Shown here: positions 52,890 through 63,054 of the stretch, piece by piece
How positions within the stretch are numbered: the first letter of the stretch is position 1
Layout of the letters: each line of letters begins with the position of its first letter
From: a virus
Taxonomy: Duplodnaviria > Caudoviricetes
Direction: 5' to 3' (one strand)
Virus record (IMG/VR): IMGVR_UViG_3300036398_002458
Coordinates: 1 to 63,768 of that record
Length of the DNA stretch: 63,768 nucleotides
The notes under the pieces: model-generated
Database searches by the model: none
The model's input: only the letters and a program-made list of their open reading frames with translations
Told to the model about the DNA's origin: nothing
Position numbers and translations under genes: made by a program

Positions 52890-53225
52890 ATGCCAAGCAC
52901 AAGCGGTAAGCAGCACAGGTTCATGGCGGCGGTGGCGTCAAACCCCAAGTTCGCCAAGAAGGTAGGTGTCCCTACGTCCGTAGGGGAAGAGTTCATCCAG
53001 GCCGACAAAGGCCGCAAATTTTCAAGCAAGGAGTCCGACATGAAGGGCATGAAGACAAAGAAGATGATGGGTGGTGGCTACGCCAAGGGCGGTATGGCTC
53101 CCTCCAAGATGGGCGCCGTGAAGACCGCTGCCCCCAGCCGTGACGGCGTTGCTGTCAAGGGCAAGACCAAGGGCACCATGGTCAAGATGGCCAAGGGCGG
53201 CAAGATGATGGGCGGGAAGTGCTGA
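52890..53225 (+). CDS. Small Lys/Met/Gly-rich basic protein
   Basis: MPSTSGKQHRFMAAVA..DGVAVKGKTKG..MAKGG. Confidence 0.75.
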   Translation: MPSTSGKQHRFMAAVASNPKFAKKVGVPTSVGEEFIQADKGRKFSSKESDMKGMKTKKMMGGGYAKGGMAPSKMGAVKTAAPSRDGVAVKGKTKGTMVKMAKGGKMMGGKC

Positions 53226-53226
53226 C

Positions 53227-53514
53227 ATGATGCCCAGTCGCGGGATGGGGGCCATGCTCCCATCCAAGATGCCCAAGGGTGAGCGCAAGACTCGGCGTGA
53301 TGACACGGATTTCGCGGAGTACGCCGAAGGCGGCGAGGTGAAGTCCAAGGTCAACGAGGCCGGGAACTACACCAAGCCCGGTATGCGCAAGTCTCTCTTT
53401 GAGAAGATCAAGGGGCAGGCTACGCAGGGCACTGCGGCAGGGCAGTGGAGCGCGAGAAAAGCGCAGTTGCTTGCCAAGCAGTACAAGGCCAAGGGCGGCG
53501 GGTACCGTGACTAA
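53227..53514 (+). CDS. Small basic protein (DUF5872-like)
   Basis: NYTKPGMRK..GQWSARKAQLLAKQYKAKGGGY. Confidence 0.75.
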   Translation: MMPSRGMGAMLPSKMPKGERKTRRDDTDFAEYAEGGEVKSKVNEAGNYTKPGMRKSLFEKIKGQATQGTAAGQWSARKAQLLAKQYKAKGGGYRD

Positions 53515-53743
53515 GAAGCCGCAGCAGTCGTTGAAGGACTGGACTGCCCAGAAGTGGAGGACAAAAAGTGGTAAACGATCTTCTGACACGGGTGAAAGAT
53601 ATCTTCCAGAGGCTGCGATCAAAAGTCTTTCCCCCCAAGAGTACGCCGCCTCAACCCGAGCAAAACGAGCAGGCAAAGCCTCCGGCAAGCAGTTCGTAGC
53701 GCAACCCAAGGCCATCGCTAAGAAGACCGCGAGATTCAGATGA
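53507..53743 (+). CDS. Small basic protein
   Basis: GTG start; PQQSLKDWTAQKWRTKSGK..TGERYLP. Confidence 0.7.
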   Translation: MTKKPQQSLKDWTAQKWRTKSGKRSSDTGERYLPEAAIKSLSPQEYAASTRAKRAGKASGKQFVAQPKAIAKKTARFR

Positions 53744-54672
53744 CCACTTCCGGTACCGCATCGTTCAACCTCGATCTGACGGAGATCGTGGAGGAAGCCT
53801 TCGAGCGTTGCGGGGCTGAATTGCGCACGGGCTATGACCTGCGCACGGCGCGGCGTAGTCTGAACCTCATGTTTGCCGACTGGGCCAACCGGGGCGTGAA
53901 CATGTGGACGTTCGAGCAAGGGACGATCCAACTGGTGCAGGGTCAGAACACCTACGCCCTGCCGGACGACACGGTGGACCTGCTTGAGCACGTCATCCGC
54001 ACGGGGGCCAACAGCAGCACCAATCAGGCAGACCTGACCATTACCCGGATCAGCGTATCCACGTACGCCACGATCCCGAACAAACTGCAACAGGCCCGTC
54101 CCATTCAAGTGTGGATCCAACGGCTGAACGCGCAGACTTCGCCCACTGGGTATACGCTGCCCGCGCTCATCACTGCCTCAGCCACCACGATTACGCTGAG
54201 TTCGACCATTGGCCTTCCGGCCAACGGCTTTATCCTGCTCGACAGCGAACTGATCTATTACGGCTACATCAGCGGCAACACGCTCTACAACTGCGCCCGT
54301 GGGCAGCAGAACACGACGGCGGCGTCGCACCCCCAGGGAACTGCGGTCTACATCAAGCAGGTCCCGGCGGTCACGGTGTGGCCCACCCCGGACAATACGC
54401 AGACGTATACCTTTGTGTACTGGCGCCTGCGCCGTACGCAGGACGCCGGAGATGGCGTCAATGTCATGGATGTCCCGTTCCGGTTCATCCCGTGCATGGT
54501 GGCAGGCTTGGCCTACTACATGAGCATGAAGATTCCCAAGGCTCTGGAGCGTATGGACACGCTCAAGGCGCAGTACGAAGAGGCTTGGCAGTTGGCCGCA
54601 GACGAAGACCGCGAGAAGGCAGCGATTCGGTTTGTGCCACGGCAGATGTTTATTGGCGGGGGGTATACCTAA
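53740..54672 (+). CDS. Putative head-tail adaptor protein
   Basis: IVEEAFERCG..TARRSLNLMFADWANRG..VWPTPD..AGLAYY. Confidence 0.6.
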   Translation: MTTSGTASFNLDLTEIVEEAFERCGAELRTGYDLRTARRSLNLMFADWANRGVNMWTFEQGTIQLVQGQNTYALPDDTVDLLEHVIRTGANSSTNQADLTITRISVSTYATIPNKLQQARPIQVWIQRLNAQTSPTGYTLPALITASATTITLSSTIGLPANGFILLDSELIYYGYISGNTLYNCARGQQNTTAASHPQGTAVYIKQVPAVTVWPTPDNTQTYTFVYWRLRRTQDAGDGVNVMDVPFRFIPCMVAGLAYYMSMKIPKALERMDTLKAQYEEAWQLAADEDREKAAIRFVPRQMFIGGGYT

Positions 54673-55089
54673 ATGGGTAACCGGTTCGCCTCTGGCAAAT
54701 ACAGCATCGCCATGTGCGATCGCTGTGGGCAGCAGTTCAAACTCAAGGTACTGCGCAAAGAGATCATCAAGACCAAAATCTACGATCTCTTGGTTTGCCA
54801 GGAGTGCTGGGATCCCGACCATCCGCAGTTGCTGCTTGGCATGTACCCGGTGGACGACCCCCAGGCTGTGCGCAACCCCCGCAAGGACAATACGTACATC
54901 ACGGCGGGCGTCAACGGTTTGGAGTTGGATCCCAACTCGACGTTTGCGGGTTTCCCAACCGGCGGCTCTCGGGATATTCAGTGGGGTTGGAATCCGGTTG
55001 GCGGAGCACGTGCAAATGAAGCAGGGCTGACGCCAAATTACTTGGTGGCAACCACCTCTGTTGGTACAGTAACCATCCAAACGACGTAA
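54673..55089 (+). CDS. Hypothetical protein with CxxC..CxxC
   Basis: CDRCG..VCQECWDPDHPQL..DPQAVRNPR. Confidence 0.75.
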   Translation: MGNRFASGKYSIAMCDRCGQQFKLKVLRKEIIKTKIYDLLVCQECWDPDHPQLLLGMYPVDDPQAVRNPRKDNTYITAGVNGLELDPNSTFAGFPTGGSRDIQWGWNPVGGARANEAGLTPNYLVATTSVGTVTIQTT

Positions 55090-55099
55090 GGAGTCGATC

Positions 55100-55306
55100 A
55101 TGGACAAGAAAGATCTGGCACAGGACAAGAAGACGGCGGCTTCCGCAGTGCACAAGCACGAGAAGGCCATGCACCCGGGCAAGCCCATGACCAAACTTGC
55201 CAAGGGCGGCAAGACCAACCTCCAGATGAGGCAGTTGGGCCGTGGGCTGGCAAAGGTTGCCAACCAGAAGAAGTCGGTGCGCAAGGTGCCGAAGTCGGGG
55301 ATCTGA
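55100..55306 (+). CDS. Small basic protein
   Basis: AAGGAG RBS; HKHEKAMHPGK..LAKGG. Confidence 0.75.
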   Translation: MDKKDLAQDKKTAASAVHKHEKAMHPGKPMTKLAKGGKTNLQMRQLGRGLAKVANQKKSVRKVPKSGI

Positions 55307-55308
55307 TC

Positions 55309-55569
55309 ATGGCAAAGTTCAGCAAAAAGGTTATGGGCAAAGAGGTTGGCGAAGCCGCCGTCTATGCCGAGCCCCACACCATGAAGGGGGGCAAGGTTGC
55401 TCTTGGCAACGGCACCCAGGCGGAGCCCACGCGGGCTAACCGCGTGAACATGTCCGTGGGCAACATCGACCGCGACGGGTATGACCCCGCTCCCAAGACC
55501 TCGGGTATCAAGATTCGTGGGACTGGCTGCGCAACCAAGGGCACGATGGCGCGAGGCCCGATGGCCTGA
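55309..55569 (+). CDS. Small basic protein
   Basis: KTSGIKIRGTGCATKG..RGPMA. Confidence 0.75.
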   Translation: MAKFSKKVMGKEVGEAAVYAEPHTMKGGKVALGNGTQAEPTRANRVNMSVGNIDRDGYDPAPKTSGIKIRGTGCATKGTMARGPMA

Positions 55570-55582
55570 GCGTGAGGCGTAG

Positions 55583-56248
55583 ATGAACTACACCGAGTTG
55601 AAGACCAACATCGCAGACATCTGCGAGAACACGTTCACTGAGGACGAGTACGCGCTGTTTACCAAGCAGGCTGAGCAGCGCATCTACAACACGGTCCAAC
55701 TCGCCAATCTGCGCAAGAACGTCACCGGTACGCTGACTTTGGGCAACAAGTATCTTGAGTGCCCGTCAGATTTCCTGTCGGTGTACTCTCTGGCCATCGT
55801 CAAGGCCAACGGAGAGTATGAGTACCTGTTGAACAAGGATGTGAACTTCATCCGGCAGGCGTACCCGAATCCGGCTACCACGGGAGTGCCCAAGCACTAC
55901 GCCATCTTTGGCCCTCGGTCAGACAATGTGAACGAGTTGGCATTCATTTTGGGTCCGACCCCCAACGCGGCGCTGACGGCAGAACTTCACTATTACTACT
56001 ACCCGGTGTCGATGGCTGACACAGTGCTGAACCCGACCGGCACCACGTGGTTGGGTGACAACTTCGACTCCGCCCTGCTGAATGCGGCTCTGGTGGAAGC
56101 CATCCGGTTCATGAAGGGCGAGCCCGACATGGTGCAGTTTTATGAGCGCATGTACATGCAGTCTATTGCTCTGCTCAAGAACCTGGGCGATGGCAAGCAG
56201 CGCATGGATGCGTACCGCGACGGCCAACTGCGCATTGAGGTCAACTGA
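55583..56248 (+). CDS. Putative adaptor/connector protein
   Basis: MNYTELK..QAEQRIY..PKHYA..LGPTP..TWLGDN..ALVEAIRFMKGE. Confidence 0.6.
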   Translation: MNYTELKTNIADICENTFTEDEYALFTKQAEQRIYNTVQLANLRKNVTGTLTLGNKYLECPSDFLSVYSLAIVKANGEYEYLLNKDVNFIRQAYPNPATTGVPKHYAIFGPRSDNVNELAFILGPTPNAALTAELHYYYYPVSMADTVLNPTGTTWLGDNFDSALLNAALVEAIRFMKGEPDMVQFYERMYMQSIALLKNLGDGKQRMDAYRDGQLRIEVN

Positions 56249-56670
56249 TGACTTCGATCGTCCAAACGCAGACCACCTCCTTCAAGAAGGAGTTGTACCA
56301 GGGCATCCACGATCTCACGACGGATGTCCTGAAGATTGCGCTGTACACAGCCAATGCGGACCTCAACGAAGACACCACCGTTTACACCACGACGGCAGAG
56401 ATCATAGGGACTGGGTATGTGTTAGGGGGCAAGACGCTGACCGGCACAACCATCAGCAGTTCCGGGTACACGGCCTTCGTGGACTTCGACAATGTGGAGT
56501 GGAACCCCGGCGTGTTTACCGCACGGTGTGCTCTGATCTACAACTCCAGTAAAGCCAACCGTTCCATCGCCGTGCTGGACTTCGGGTCAGACAAGACCTC
56601 GACGGCCACCTTCACCATCGTTATGCCGATCAATGACGCCAACAGTGCGCTGATCCGGTCTTCCAATTAA
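56248..56670 (+). CDS. Tail-associated structural protein
   Basis: SFKKEL..KIALYT..TARCALIYN..VLDFGSDKT. Confidence 0.7.
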   Translation: MTSIVQTQTTSFKKELYQGIHDLTTDVLKIALYTANADLNEDTTVYTTTAEIIGTGYVLGGKTLTGTTISSSGYTAFVDFDNVEWNPGVFTARCALIYNSSKANRSIAVLDFGSDKTSTATFTIVMPINDANSALIRSSN

Positions 56671-56679
56671 GGAGTCACC

Positions 56680-57252
56680 ATGTCCAACGAACGCGCTGTC
56701 GCCTCGGATTTCATCGGGAGCGGGCTGATTGCCGGAGCGCAGGGTCAAGAGCAAGCCCTTGCTGTGGGCCGCTACAAACTGGAGTGCCGTGACAAGGATG
56801 GCAACATCAAGTGGGTTGTTGAGGAAGACAACCTCGTGGTCAACGTCGGCCTTCAGTACATGGCCGGTACTGCGCTGACCTCCACCGCACAGATCACGAC
56901 TTGGTTCTTGGGCTTGATCACTGGCCCCGGCGTGACCACGAGCGCAACCGACACGATTGCCTCTAAGGGCTGGACTGAGTTCACGGGCTACAGCAACTCG
57001 ACCCGCGTGGCTCCGACGCTCACGGCTGCGACCAATGCCAACCCCTCGGTGGTGACCAACTCGGGCACCCCGGCCAACTTCAATATCAATACCTCTGGCA
57101 CGGTGGGCGGTGCGTTTCTAGTCTCCGACAGCACCAAGGGCGGCACGACTGGCACGCTGTTCTCAGAGAAAGCCTTCTCTGCTCCTGGGGATCGCACGGT
57201 GGTCAGCGGGGACATCATCGCAGTGACGTACACCTTCAGCCTCGCCGGTTGA
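56680..57252 (+). CDS. Tail-associated structural protein
   Basis: NLVVNVGLQYM..GTVGGAFL..GTLFS..DRTVVSGD. Confidence 0.7.
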   Translation: MSNERAVASDFIGSGLIAGAQGQEQALAVGRYKLECRDKDGNIKWVVEEDNLVVNVGLQYMAGTALTSTAQITTWFLGLITGPGVTTSATDTIASKGWTEFTGYSNSTRVAPTLTAATNANPSVVTNSGTPANFNINTSGTVGGAFLVSDSTKGGTTGTLFSEKAFSAPGDRTVVSGDIIAVTYTFSLAG

Positions 57253-57261
57253 GGATGAGTT

Positions 57262-58110
57262 GTGGCAGAAGGCGGATGGGGTTCCGGCACCTGGGGTCAG
57301 GCCGGTTGGGGTGACTCTGTTTATGACCGGGCTGTCGATGAGTCGGCTACCGGTGCGGATACCGTCGCCTCCGCTGTTACCTTCGCCTCTTCCGTTACTG
57401 AATCTGCCACCGGCACGGATGACGTTTCTGCGCTCGCCACGTTTGGCGCGGTCATCACAGAGGTCGCTGAGGGGCAAGATACCGTTTCCGCTGCGGTCAC
57501 CTTCGGAGCCGCTGTCACTGAGTCCGCTACTGGTACGGATGCGATCAGCGCCGCACAGACTTTTGGGACAGCGGTTACAGAAAGCGCAAGCGGATCAGAT
57601 GCGGTCAGCGCAGCGCAGACGTTCAATGGACAGGTAACAGAAACTGCCACGGGCACGGATGCTATTGACTCAGCGTTCTTGTTCAACGCCTTTGTTGATG
57701 AGACTGCTACCGGCACAGACGCATTTTTGGCCAACGCCACGCTTGGGGCTTCGGTCTCTGAAACGGCAAGCGGGGCAGACGCAGTTTCTTCCGGGATTAC
57801 TTTCGGTGCTGCGGTTACGGAGACAGCCACCGGAACAGATGCTACGAGCGCAGAGGCTCGGTTCTTTGCCCAGATTCAAGAACTTGCCACCGCCACGGAC
57901 AACATCCCTGGCGGAAAACTCTGGGAACTCATCGACGATGTGCAGAACGCCAACTGGGGCAACATCGGAAATACGCAGTCGGCAGGGTGGGTTAATGTGA
58001 GTGACACCCAGACTGCTAATTGGCAGAATATCGGCAACACCCAGTCGCCTTCTTGGGGTAGTGTGAATACCAACCAGACCCCGACTTGGACGACCATCGA
58101 CACGCAATAG
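57262..58110 (+). CDS. Structural protein with ~19-aa repeats (VTETATGTDA..TFG)
   Basis: About 10 repeats visible in the translation; Trp-spaced repeats at both ends. Confidence 0.75.
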   Translation: MAEGGWGSGTWGQAGWGDSVYDRAVDESATGADTVASAVTFASSVTESATGTDDVSALATFGAVITEVAEGQDTVSAAVTFGAAVTESATGTDAISAAQTFGTAVTESASGSDAVSAAQTFNGQVTETATGTDAIDSAFLFNAFVDETATGTDAFLANATLGASVSETASGADAVSSGITFGAAVTETATGTDATSAEARFFAQIQELATATDNIPGGKLWELIDDVQNANWGNIGNTQSAGWVNVSDTQTANWQNIGNTQSPSWGSVNTNQTPTWTTIDTQ

Positions 58111-58119
58111 GAGCATTAG

Positions 58120-61100
58120 ATGCCCACCTCATACACCTCCCTCCTTGGTCTGGCTCTGCCTGTTACGGGCGAACTGTCCGGCACCTGGGGCGACACGGTA
58201 AATGACTACCTGACCAAGTACCTCGATGCGGCTGTTGCGGGTGCTCAGACCATCAGCGGAAGCCAAACGGCGGTCACCCTGACCACCACAAACGGCTCAA
58301 CGCTCACCCAGGCAGGCTCCGGTTCAACGGGCTCGGCTCAGTACCAGATCATCAACTGCACGGGTAACCCCGCTTCGCTTCTGACGATCACGGTCCCGGC
58401 GCAGAGCAAGGCATACCTTGTTTTAAACGCAACTTCGACTTCGCAGTCGGTCAAGGTGGTGGGCGCAGGCCCGACCACGGGCGTGACGATGGTTTCGGGT
58501 GAGAAGGCTCTGATTGCCTGGGACGGCTCGGACTTCGTGAAGGTTGCGTCTAGCACGGCGGACGGTGTAACCACGCTGAGTTTCGGTACCACGGGTCTGA
58601 CTCCTAACTCGGCCACAGCCGGTGCGATCACGGTCGCGGGCACTCTGGTTGCTGCCAATGGCGGAACGGGGCAGTCTTCTTACACCACGGGTGATCTGCT
58701 GTACGCCACGGGCTCTACCGCCCTGAGCAAGTTGGGCATCGGCACCAACGGTCAAGTCCTGACCTCGACGGGAACGGCCCCTCAGTGGAGCACCTTGTCT
58801 GGTGTGGCAGTCACGACCTTTAGCGCAGGCACGACGGGCTTTACTCCCTCAACTGCCACCTCCGGCGCAGTCACCCTGGCAGGAACGCTTGCCACCACGA
58901 ACGGCGGCACGGGGCTGACATCGTTCACGGCCAACCGGGTCTTCTACGCCTCGTCCACGAGCGCCATCGCCCAGTCTGCCAATCTGACTTTCGACGGTAC
59001 GACCCTTACGGCAGCAGGCTTCTCCGGCCCTCTGAATGGCACTGTTGGGGCTACGACTCCTAACACGGGATCGTTCACCACCCTGACCACTTCCTCGACG
59101 GTCACGATCAACGGAGGCACCGCCAATTGCGTGGCCTACCTCAATGGCAGCAAGGTTCTGAGCGCGGGGGTGAACCTGACGTTTAATGGGTCAACCCTCG
59201 GTGTTGGTAGCGGTCTAGATTTGGGATTGGCATCCGCTACGCCGACTATCACTTTCAACAGCAACGGCAGTTTCCGGGCGTCACTTAGTTACAGCAACAG
59301 CACCGGCGCCGTAACTCTCAACAACGCTTACGGCCCGTTTGCTGTTTCCGTTGGGTCAGGAGGCTCTAGTTCCGAAGGTATGCGACTGACCTCTACCGGG
59401 TTAGGCGTGGGTACGAGTTCGCCTGCTAGTCGTCTTACTATTTCTGGGACTTCTACGGGCGCGTGGTTGACGATCAACAGAACCGACAGCGGAACAAACA
59501 TTGTTGATTTTACGGAGTCGGGTTCACGTCTTGGTTATATTGGATACAGCGGAAGTACCCTAAATATCCTTCAGGCACAAGCGGCCAGCATTGTATTTAG
59601 TACTTCTGGCAGTAGCCGAGCAACCATTGATTCTTCCGGCAATTTCGGTCTGGGTGTTACTTCGCCGCTTTTCAGGTTTGATGCTCGTGGCGCGTCTGGC
59701 ACTGGAATCAGTTACATCGAAACAACTACAGGCAATACCAACCGAATCCAACTTGGCGCAACCACGGGCGCAGGGTATATCAATGCAACAGCAGGCTCTG
59801 GCAGCCCTGTCCTGCAATTACAAGTGGCGGATTCAACCAGAGCCACCCTCGACTCCTCCGGCAACCTCGGTCTGGGGGTGACGCCGAGTGCTTGGGGTAG
59901 TACATGGAGAGTGCTTGACGCAGGAAATCTTTCGTCATTTGCAAATAACACTGGTAGCAGCGTAACAGATATTTGGCATAACGCATTCGTTAATAGCGGC
60001 GGTGTTCCCACATACAAAACGACTGCTGCGGCGGGTTTTTACCGATTAGAGGGCGGCACATTTAAATGGTTTAACGCCTCCTCCGGCACAGCAGGAACCA
60101 CCGCCACCTTCACGCAGGTGATGACGCTTGATGCTGATGGTGACTTGGGTATCGGTACAACTTCGCCGGGGCAGAAACTGACTGTTCAGGGTGGAATTAC
60201 CGTAACGTCCTCGGCAACGCTGCCCGTTGCTCAGGGCTCAATGCTGTTCAGTTACGAAGCCCCCATCAATCGAATCTATATGGGGGACGGCACTGGATAC
60301 AGTTTTGCGTTCAGCAAGCGCGCGTCATCTACCACGACGGATTTGATGACGCTGACTGATGGAGGCAACCTCGGCATTGGGACGAGTTCGCCTACAACCA
60401 AGTTGGATGTAAAGCAAAGTGGCGCTAATTGGTATGACGGTATTGAGGTAGTTCGTTCCACCACCGATAACCAAAGGCTTGTACTTGGAAACACAAGTGG
60501 CGCAAGTTGGATTGCAAGCGTAGATGCCGCCGGTGGTTCAAATAACGCAATGATATTTGGTCGTTCTACCAACGGAACTACCTTTACTGAATCTGCAAGG
60601 TTTGACTCCTCCGGCAACCTCGGCATTGGGACGAGTTCGCCGGGATACCCATTGGATGTGAATGGCGCAGGAAGGTTTGGTGCTACGTCGAGCGTTAGCC
60701 TGTACTTCAACAGCAACTTACGCCATACAAATGCCAGCGGGTCTGCTCTTTATCTGGACGTTTGTGCAGGCGGTGCTGCCGGAGACTTAATTATCCGCAA
60801 CAGCAGTTCGTTTACCACGCAACTGACCCTTTCCTCGGGAGGCAACCTCGGTCTGGGGGTGACGCCGAGTGCTTGGGGCAGTTCTGAAAGATTTATTGAT
60901 GTTGGTAATAGTGTGGCCTTTGGTAGAAGTTCGGCCGGTGGTGGGGCGGTTGTTGCATATAACGCTTTTATCAATTCTTCTGGGCAGATTATTTATAAAA
61001 TTAATGCCCACGCAACATATTATCAGTCTGTATTAGGCCAACACCAATGGTACACCGCAGCCTCCGGCACCGCAGGAAACATTATCAGTTTCACGCAGGC

Positions 61101-61845
61101 GATGACTTTGTCTGCTGCTAACAACTTGCTTGTTGGCGTGACGACTGATACAGCGTCTGCGCGGGCAGTTGTTGGTGGTACGGTTATATCTACAACAAAT
61201 ACAGTATCTACTTTTAGTGGTGACTACGCAGGTTTTGACCGCACATCGTCAAAAAACATGCGTATTTTTTCAGGGTCTTCAGACGCAACTGGCTCAAGCA
61301 TTGAGTTTTACGCTGGGGTTTCTGGCTCAGTTGCCGAACGCGCACGGATTACGTCGGTCGGTAATATGTCCTTGGGCGGCACGGCAAACCGTGGAACGAC
61401 GGTTGGCACTAACGCTCTCCAAATCTTCAACGGCACTGCCCCTGCGGGTACGCTGACCAACGGCGTATCTCTGTACTCCTCATCCGGCGATCTGTTCTTC
61501 ATGGACGCTGCCGGTACTGCTTCTAGGGTTGGCTTCCGTGGGGTTCCTCAGTCGGGTTCTGCCAAGACGGGTTCTTACACCCTGGCCACGACGGATGTGG
61601 GTGACTACATTGAAGTCGGTTCAGGAGGCAGCATCACGATCCCTGACGCGACCTTCTCTACTGGGGATGTGGTGAGCATCTTCAACAACACCACGGGCAA
61701 CATCACGATCACCTGCTCGATCACCACGGCCTACATCGCGGGTACGGACTCCGACAAGGCTACGATGACTCTGGCAACTCGGGGTGTGGCAACCGTCCTG
61801 TTCATCAGCAGCACCATCTGCGTCGTTACCGGGAACGTGTCATGA
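58120..61845 (+). CDS. Tail fibre protein, 1241 aa, modular
   Basis: Repeated SSGNLG[IL]G[TV][ST][SP] linkers separating variable modules; Thr/Gly/Ser-rich. Confidence 0.85.
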   Translation: MPTSYTSLLGLALPVTGELSGTWGDTVNDYLTKYLDAAVAGAQTISGSQTAVTLTTTNGSTLTQAGSGSTGSAQYQIINCTGNPASLLTITVPAQSKAYLVLNATSTSQSVKVVGAGPTTGVTMVSGEKALIAWDGSDFVKVASSTADGVTTLSFGTTGLTPNSATAGAITVAGTLVAANGGTGQSSYTTGDLLYATGSTALSKLGIGTNGQVLTSTGTAPQWSTLSGVAVTTFSAGTTGFTPSTATSGAVTLAGTLATTNGGTGLTSFTANRVFYASSTSAIAQSANLTFDGTTLTAAGFSGPLNGTVGATTPNTGSFTTLTTSSTVTINGGTANCVAYLNGSKVLSAGVNLTFNGSTLGVGSGLDLGLASATPTITFNSNGSFRASLSYSNSTGAVTLNNAYGPFAVSVGSGGSSSEGMRLTSTGLGVGTSSPASRLTISGTSTGAWLTINRTDSGTNIVDFTESGSRLGYIGYSGSTLNILQAQAASIVFSTSGSSRATIDSSGNFGLGVTSPLFRFDARGASGTGISYIETTTGNTNRIQLGATTGAGYINATAGSGSPVLQLQVADSTRATLDSSGNLGLGVTPSAWGSTWRVLDAGNLSSFANNTGSSVTDIWHNAFVNSGGVPTYKTTAAAGFYRLEGGTFKWFNASSGTAGTTATFTQVMTLDADGDLGIGTTSPGQKLTVQGGITVTSSATLPVAQGSMLFSYEAPINRIYMGDGTGYSFAFSKRASSTTTDLMTLTDGGNLGIGTSSPTTKLDVKQSGANWYDGIEVVRSTTDNQRLVLGNTSGASWIASVDAAGGSNNAMIFGRSTNGTTFTESARFDSSGNLGIGTSSPGYPLDVNGAGRFGATSSVSLYFNSNLRHTNASGSALYLDVCAGGAAGDLIIRNSSSFTTQLTLSSGGNLGLGVTPSAWGSSERFIDVGNSVAFGRSSAGGGAVVAYNAFINSSGQIIYKINAHATYYQSVLGQHQWYTAASGTAGNIISFTQAMTLSAANNLLVGVTTDTASARAVVGGTVISTTNTVSTFSGDYAGFDRTSSKNMRIFSGSSDATGSSIEFYAGVSGSVAERARITSVGNMSLGGTANRGTTVGTNALQIFNGTAPAGTLTNGVSLYSSSGDLFFMDAAGTASRVGFRGVPQSGSAKTGSYTLATTDVGDYIEVGSGGSITIPDATFSTGDVVSIFNNTTGNITITCSITTAYIAGTDSDKATMTLATRGVATVLFISSTICVVTGNVS

Positions 61846-62672
61846 GCGGCGCAATGATGATGCTGTTGGGGCGAACGTCAATAGCGAACCCGCCACCTAC
61901 CGTTGAATATCTTGTAGTTGCGGGCGGGGGCGGTGGCGGTCATGATGATGGCGGTGGCGGCGGTGCCGGTGGCTATCGCACCGCATCTGGGTTTTCTGTC
62001 TCCGCAGGCGTTTCGCTAACTGTTACCGTTGGTGCGGGGGGTGCGGGCTCTTTGGGCGGTGGCGGTTCCGGTGGAGGCGGAAGCAACTCCGTCTTTTCCT
62101 CTATTACCTCGACAGGTGGAGGTGGCGGCGCGGGGTCTAATACCGAAATAGGGTCTAACGGCGGTTCCGGCGGCGGCGGGGTAAATATTTCCGGCGGCAC
62201 AGGCACTTCCGGTCAAGGCAATGATGGTGGTGTAGCAACTGGCGGGCGCAGTGGCGGTGGCGGTGGCGGCGCAGGCGCAGTGGGCGGCGACTCTAGCACC
62301 TTTGAAGTAGCCGGAAATGGCGGCGCCGGTACGGCATCTTCTATTTCTGGGACATCGACCACCTATGCGGGTGGTGGAGGTGGCGGTGGTAGGCAGACCT
62401 CAGGTGGCGCTGCGGGTAGCGGTGGCGGCGGTGTTGGTGCTGCGGCCAATTTAAGAGCAGCAACGAATGGAACGGTAAACACTGGTGGTGGCGGCGGTGG
62501 CGGAGCCGGTTCCGGCAATACAACCGCAAGGGCCGGTGGGTCAGGAATTGTGATTATTCGATACGCTGATACTTACGCCCTTGCGTCATCGACAACGGGT
62601 TCCCCGGCAGTAACTACTTCCGGTGGCTATCGCATCTACACATTTACTGCTTCGGGCAGCATCACTTTCTGA
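61842..62672 (+). CDS. Glycine-rich tail-associated protein
   Basis: VEYLVVAGGGGG..GGSGIVIIRY..YRIYTFTASG. Confidence 0.8.
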   Translation: MSGAMMMLLGRTSIANPPPTVEYLVVAGGGGGGHDDGGGGGAGGYRTASGFSVSAGVSLTVTVGAGGAGSLGGGGSGGGGSNSVFSSITSTGGGGGAGSNTEIGSNGGSGGGGVNISGGTGTSGQGNDGGVATGGRSGGGGGGAGAVGGDSSTFEVAGNGGAGTASSISGTSTTYAGGGGGGGRQTSGGAAGSGGGGVGAAANLRAATNGTVNTGGGGGGGAGSGNTTARAGGSGIVIIRYADTYALASSTTGSPAVTTSGGYRIYTFTASGSITF

Positions 62673-62680
62673 GGCAACGT

Positions 62681-63052
62681 ATGGCGCACTTTGCCGAACT
62701 CAACGCAAACAACGTGGTGCTGCGGGTCATTGTTGTTCACAACAACGAGTTGATGGAGAACGGTGGCGAGTCCGAAATCAAGGGTATTGCGTTCTGCCAA
62801 TCCCTGTTTGGCGGCAATTGGATGCAGACTTCCTATAACGCCACATTCCGCAAGAACTACGCGAGCGAGGGATTCACTTATGACGCACAACGCGATGCGT
62901 TTATCCCTCCCAAGCCGTTTGCTTCATGGGTGTTGAACGAAGATACTTGCCGGTGGAATTCTCCCGTTCCATACCCCACTGACGGCAAACGCTACAAGTG
63001 GGACGAATCAATCGTTAACTGGGTCGAAGTGACCCTTTCTGAAGGAGCATAA
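62681..63052 (+). CDS. Tail-fibre-associated hypothetical protein
   Basis: MAHFAEL..WMQTSYN..FRKNYA..DAFIPPKPFASW. Confidence 0.75.
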   Translation: MAHFAELNANNVVLRVIVVHNNELMENGGESEIKGIAFCQSLFGGNWMQTSYNATFRKNYASEGFTYDAQRDAFIPPKPFASWVLNEDTCRWNSPVPYPTDGKRYKWDESIVNWVEVTLSEGA

Positions 63053-63054
63053 AA

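Noticed and set aside
58120-62672. Diversity-generating retroelement at the tail fibre
   Set aside because: The repeats are short and exact rather than adenine-variable TR/VR pairs, and there is no reverse transcriptase.
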